Of a DNA stretch of 46,444 nucleotides, positions 43,031-46,444 are shown one piece after another. The DNA is from Patescibacteria group bacterium (GTDB taxonomy: Bacteria > Patescibacteriota > Patescibacteriia > UBA2591 > UBA4787): positions 1-46,444 of the forward strand of contig JBMFLE010000001.1 of NCBI GenBank assembly GCA_049971355.1, written 5' to 3'. A program made the translations under genes and the position numbers. Each line of letters begins with the position of its first letter. Positions within the stretch are counted from its first letter, which is position 1. The notes under the pieces were generated by a model. The model worked only from the letters and a program-made list of their open reading frames with translations, had not been told where the DNA came from and searched no databases.

Positions 43031-43427
43031 ATTAGTACTTTAGGGATTTACATATTTTCTTTTTTATTTTACAATTTTAATAAATTTAAAGCAAATTAAT
43101 TTTTCACAAGTTATCCCCTGTTGATGACTAATCAAACATATATAACAAATACTTTGTTTTGCGAAAAGAAACTCTTTTGTCTATGAAGAATTATTCTCGA
43201 AAAATTAATAAAAAAGTAATTCGTTTCCGAACACCAAGATATTTTAAAAAAGCAGACAGGCGTCGCCCCTAAAATTCACATATGGCTACTAAATACCAAA
43301 AGATACGAATATACGAAAAATTATCCTATGTTTAATATTCTTTTTGTTTTCGCACCGCTCTTGGTAAAATATTTCGTATATTCGTACATTTTCGTATTTC
43401 GTAGCCTGCCTGTTCGTGGCCTAGTAG

Positions 43428-43456
43428 CAGAACTGGACTATTAGATAACAAGTTTA
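43428..43456 (+). promoter_or_regulatory. 29-nt conserved box upstream of asnS (copy 2)
   Basis: Identical to 40217-40245, ending 11 nt before the ATG. Confidence 0.4.
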
Positions 43457-43467
43457 ATAATTTATTT

Positions 43468-44760
43468 ATGAAATACACACTTCTTAAAAATGTTTCAAAA
43501 TTTCTTGAACAAGATGTAATTTTAAAGGGTTGGATTTTTAATTTTCGTTCTTCTGGCTCGATTTATTTTCTACAATTTCGTGACGGCACCGGCCAGATTC
43601 AAATCATTGTTTCCAAAAAGGACGTTAATGAAAAAATTTGGCAAAATTGTCAAAAATTGACTATTGAAAGCAGCGTTGAAGTTTCGGGCAAGATTTATGA
43701 AGACAAAAGGTCACCCTACGGTTACGAGATGCAAGCCAAAGATTTAAAAATTATTCAGATAGCCAAAGAATATCCCATTGCTAAAAAAGAACACGGTATT
43801 GATTTTTTAATGGACCACCGTCACTTATGGATTCGTTCAGCGCGTCAGGCTGCTATTCTTAAAATTCGCGATGAAACTATTTGGGCGATTCGTTCATTTT
43901 TTCGCCAAGAAGGTTTTACTTTGACCGATGCGCCAATTTTAACCCCAACTTCTTGTGAAGGGACAACTACGCTTTTTGAGACAGAATATTTTGGCGAGAA
44001 GGCTTATTTATCCCAATCGGGACAATTATATATAGAAGCGCTGATTTATTCTTTGGGCAAAGTTTATGATTTTGGTCCGACTTTTCGGGCAGAAAAATCC
44101 AAAACTCGCCGACATTTGATTGAATTTTGGATGATGGATGCGGAGGCTGCTTTTGTTGAGCATGAAGAGAATATGAAAATACAAGAAAAATTAATTGAGC
44201 ACTTAGTTAGTCAGGTAATTAGGAACAGAAAGAAAGAGTTAGAAATTTTAAAAAGAGACCCTAAACCTTTAGAAAAAATAAAAGCGCCATTTTATAAAAT
44301 AACTTATGATGAAGCGATAAAACTTCTTCAGAAAAATGGCGCGAAAATTAAATGGGGTGATGATTTCGGGGGCGATGAGGAAACAATGATTTCTAAATCA
44401 TTTGATAAGCCAGTTTTTATTGAAAAATATCCGGCCAAAATTAAAGCTTTTTATATGAAACCAGATCCAGAAAATTCAGAATTAGTTCTTAATGATGATT
44501 TGATTGCGCCTGAAGGTTATGGCGAAATTATCGGTGGTTCGCAAAGAGTTGATGATTTAGAAGTATTAGAAAGAAAATTAAAAGAATTTAAATTGCCGAA
44601 AAAACCTTTTGAATGGTATTTAGATTTGCGGCGCTACGGCTCAGTTCCACATTCTGGTTTTGGTCTTGGCCTAGAGCGCGTAGTTGCCTGGCTTTGTGGT
44701 TTAGACCACATTCGTGAAACCATTCCTTTTCCCAGGATGTTAAACAGATTAAGACCCTAA
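43468..44760 (+). CDS. asnS: Asparagine--tRNA ligase
   Basis: 430 aa, class IIb, with an OB anticodon-binding start, FRAEKSKTRRHLIEFWMMDAE and GFGLGLERVV motifs. Confidence 0.88.
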   Translation: MKYTLLKNVSKFLEQDVILKGWIFNFRSSGSIYFLQFRDGTGQIQIIVSKKDVNEKIWQNCQKLTIESSVEVSGKIYEDKRSPYGYEMQAKDLKIIQIAKEYPIAKKEHGIDFLMDHRHLWIRSARQAAILKIRDETIWAIRSFFRQEGFTLTDAPILTPTSCEGTTTLFETEYFGEKAYLSQSGQLYIEALIYSLGKVYDFGPTFRAEKSKTRRHLIEFWMMDAEAAFVEHEENMKIQEKLIEHLVSQVIRNRKKELEILKRDPKPLEKIKAPFYKITYDEAIKLLQKNGAKIKWGDDFGGDEETMISKSFDKPVFIEKYPAKIKAFYMKPDPENSELVLNDDLIAPEGYGEIIGGSQRVDDLEVLERKLKEFKLPKKPFEWYLDLRRYGSVPHSGFGLGLERVVAWLCGLDHIRETIPFPRMLNRLRP

Positions 44761-44828
44761 AGACGCGGATTAAAAAAAGACAAGGAGATTATCTTTTTGT
44801 CTTTGTTTTTTTATAATTAATTTTGTCT

Positions 44829-46034
44829 TTAGTTGGGATAAATGTAACCAAGGATATGTGAACTGTCTTTAGGATAACTTCTAGTAGAGATTACCCAAGG
44901 CCCATTGAAATTCATTTCTGAAAAAGTAATAGTTGCTTCATCAAATGATTCAACATAACCTACATGACCATAGCGTTGAGCTGCCCAACCTGATTCTTTT
45001 AAGACGACAATTGCTCCAATTTGAGGACCATCAGAGCGGCTGCCTATTTTAAAGTCAGCAATTTTCGCTGATGAGAGCCAAGATTTAGCATGACCTGTCC
45101 AGGGTATACATCGTCCTAATTTAGTTGCCCATTTAAAAGCAACCCAAGAAGTACATTGTCCATAAACAAAACGGCGACACTGGGTATTTTTTAACCAAAG
45201 CTTATAATTCGAATAATTTTCGTTAACAAAGAGGACCTTTGTTCTGGCTGGCGAAGTTGGTTTTGGTTTTGGCGCTGGCGGTTTTTTGCCAAAAGGTATA
45301 ATTAAAACATCGCCGACAAAAATATCACTTGGATCAGCTAAGTTGTTAAAATCAATAATATCTTCTATGGACGTTTTATACTTTTGAGCCAGGGCATCAA
45401 GAGTGTCGCCAGCTAGAACTTTATGAGTCAAGCCACTAACTGGTAGAATTTTTAATTCCTGACCAACCTTTAGAACCGCCCCGCTTGATAATTTATTTTC
45501 CCAACAAATGGTTTCAACACTGATATTAAATTTTTTAGCAATTGATTCTAAAGTATCTCCTGGTTGGACGATGTAAGTTTCAATCTCGGTCCTCATTATC
45601 GGCATTTCGTTAGTTATTAAATCAGAACCAACTAAAGCCGCCCCACCCATGGCGGTAGATGGATAAACAATATTTTCTTGATCATTTCGAGTTGAGGCAA
45701 TAATAAAGTCAGGTTTTTTTTCTTCCTGTTTATCTTCCTGATTAAAATTAATTTCTTCAACAATAGTCTCTACTTTTTGTTTATTGAATTTTGCTAGAAA
45801 TATTTGTTGGGTTGGATTTTCGTTTTGAATTGCCCAGCCACTTTCTGCCATTGCCAAAATAATTAGGAGAACGGTTGTGGTCAAACAGAGGGAATAATTT
45901 AGATTGACTAAATTTTTTGGGGAAATTTTTTTAACAGATAAATATAAAGAAAAAATTAGATAGAAAAAAGTTTTCCACAACCAAATTAAAACCTCTTTTA
46001 ATTTTTGTTTTAGGGGGACGAGAATTTTTAGCAT
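44829..46034 (-). CDS. Peptidoglycan hydrolase with two LysM domains and a C-terminal CHAP domain
   Basis: TM anchor, YIVQPGDTLESIAKKFNIS and HKVLAGDTLDALAQKYKTS (LysM), a Pro/Lys linker, then GQCTSWVAFKW...GHVGYVES (the Cys/His of CHAP). Confidence 0.8.
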   Translation of the reverse strand: MLKILVPLKQKLKEVLIWLWKTFFYLIFSLYLSVKKISPKNLVNLNYSLCLTTTVLLIILAMAESGWAIQNENPTQQIFLAKFNKQKVETIVEEINFNQEDKQEEKKPDFIIASTRNDQENIVYPSTAMGGAALVGSDLITNEMPIMRTEIETYIVQPGDTLESIAKKFNISVETICWENKLSSGAVLKVGQELKILPVSGLTHKVLAGDTLDALAQKYKTSIEDIIDFNNLADPSDIFVGDVLIIPFGKKPPAPKPKPTSPARTKVLFVNENYSNYKLWLKNTQCRRFVYGQCTSWVAFKWATKLGRCIPWTGHAKSWLSSAKIADFKIGSRSDGPQIGAIVVLKESGWAAQRYGHVGYVESFDEATITFSEMNFNGPWVISTRSYPKDSSHILGYIYPN

Positions 46035-46444
46035 AAAATAAGCCTAATTTGAGCTTATTACTATTATAGCCTAAAATTAATAAAAATCAAGCCCTTATAA
46101 TATTTAAAGGGAATTGATTCACCCCGATTAGAGAATAGCTAACGCTTCACCCAAATGCTTCGCACTTCGTAGAGCCTGATACGTTATACGCTGTAATTTC
46201 TTGGAGTTGAAAAACGATTAAAAGACCTTTTGAAAAAATCTGTTGGCTCGTCCCCACATCAATACATTGGTGTGGGGTAATACTCTTGCCTATTTTAAGA
46301 AAAATTGATAAAATGAAGATAGTAAACCCGTTAGAAATTAAATATATGGTATGTCTATGTTTTACAAAATACCAAAGGTAAGTGGTATATCGGTTCAATT
46401 AGAGATTTGCGAAAAAGAATTTTAACGGGATTCGTATAATATAC

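Noticed and set aside
46147-46398. ORF 46147..46398 (-), 83 aa
   Set aside because: It has no recognisable motifs and spans the repeat words shared with the 33.9/36.2-kb islet edges (acgttatacgct.taatt, ttggtgtggggtaa). It is more likely repeat or IS debris than a gene.

Overview
This 46.4-kb window comes from a low-GC bacterial genome in which most starts I inspected lack a Shine-Dalgarno sequence. The gene content is single-copy housekeeping genes, cell-envelope and glycosylation genes, and very little metabolism. Together with many GC-rich structured intergenic repeats, this looks like a small-genome Patescibacteria/CPR-type organism. That assignment is inference; no search was run. TGA is used as a stop codon, so the code is standard. 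I call about 41 protein genes: hppA, nusA, a LutA/LutB-like pair, a CcdA/thioredoxin pair, rplS, gmk, an RluA-type synthase, cca, secDF, pth, der, an LCP protein, a GtrA plus rfbCDBA rhamnose block, murA, a Xer-type recombinase, bactofilin, deoC, recR, dnaB, asnS, a LysM-CHAP hydrolase and others. There are 11 tRNA genes, all on the minus strand, and no rRNA or CRISPR array. There are several decayed IS relics: an rve-type remnant bounded by 28-nt inverted repeats and two IS3-type OrfA remnants. The most unusual observations are these. (1) A tRNA gene is split in its anticodon loop by a 180-nt insertion that contains a complete tRNA-Pro gene and is closed by a 22-bp helix. (2) Four tRNAs, including both halves of the split one, share a coupled A18/G55 change in place of the near-universal G18/U55. 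(3) A GC-rich 712-aa gene with its own promoter, SD and terminator encodes an internally duplicated wHTH-metallophosphoesterase, and only the second copy keeps catalytic motifs. (4) SecD carries an inserted parvulin-type PPIase module that looks circularly permuted. (5) Several families of structured or palindromic intergenic repeats are present, including one element nested inside another copy of itself.
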